From the NCBI GenBank assembly GCA_038523235.1, contig JBCBJQ010000114.1:1-18395 (forward strand): a stretch of DNA of 18,395 nucleotides, read 5' to 3'. The notes below the pieces were generated by a model, which saw only the letters and a list, made by a program, of their open reading frames with translations, had not been told where the DNA came from and ran no database searches. Shown in pieces: positions 18,278 through 18,395 of this stretch; position 1 is the first letter of the stretch, and every line of letters begins with the position of its first letter. Both the position numbers and the translations under genes were made by a program. Source of the stretch: Cyanobacteria bacterium J06626_4 (lineage in GTDB: Bacteria; Cyanobacteriota; Cyanobacteriia; Phormidesmidales; Phormidesmidaceae).

Positions 18278-18306
18278 GTAGGGGTTTGGCAGTGCCAAAC
18301 CCCTAC
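18278..18306. repeat. GTAG-family REP-like palindrome
   Basis: GTAGGGGTTTGGCA-G-TGCCAAACCCCTAC: 14-bp perfect arms that start with GTAG and end with CTAC. Confidence 0.7.
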
Positions 18307-18395
18307 TACGATCGATAACAGGAGTTACGCATTGACAGCTGAATGAATTTGTGGGTTGAAATTCAAAGGTGTTGCATGAACCATTCCGTTGCGTA

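Overview
Cyanobacterial chromosome segment: at least 19 HIP1 octamers (GCGATCGC), a cyanobacterial Flv1-type flavodiiron protein, a pentapeptide-repeat protein and a cyanobacterial-type SigA. In order it holds: a ~1 kb ORF-poor, hairpin-rich region; a three-gene sxtJ-like / sxtK-like (DUF5989) / membrane-anchored SGNH module; a convergent minus-strand run (pentapeptide protein, flv1, two GT2 glycosyltransferases, aroC); a secreted glycine-zipper protein; a DedA/TVP38 protein; a lower-GC membrane sensor EAL phosphodiesterase; a lipoprotein; a heavily decayed, internally deleted tamB-like pseudogene; hisA; a phasin-like protein; and sigA with its terminator and a GTAG-type REP palindrome. The most interesting signal is the 54-aa SxtK-like peptide. 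It ends in FIYTLF, the same pattern as the tyrosine acyl-shuttle hexapeptide of DltX and AlgI/PatA-type MBOATs, and it lies next to a DltD/AlgJ-like SGNH protein. This suggests a trans-membrane acyl or carbamoyl relay for envelope polymer modification, here without the usual upstream carbamoyltransferase. All family calls come from motif recognition by eye; no searches were run.
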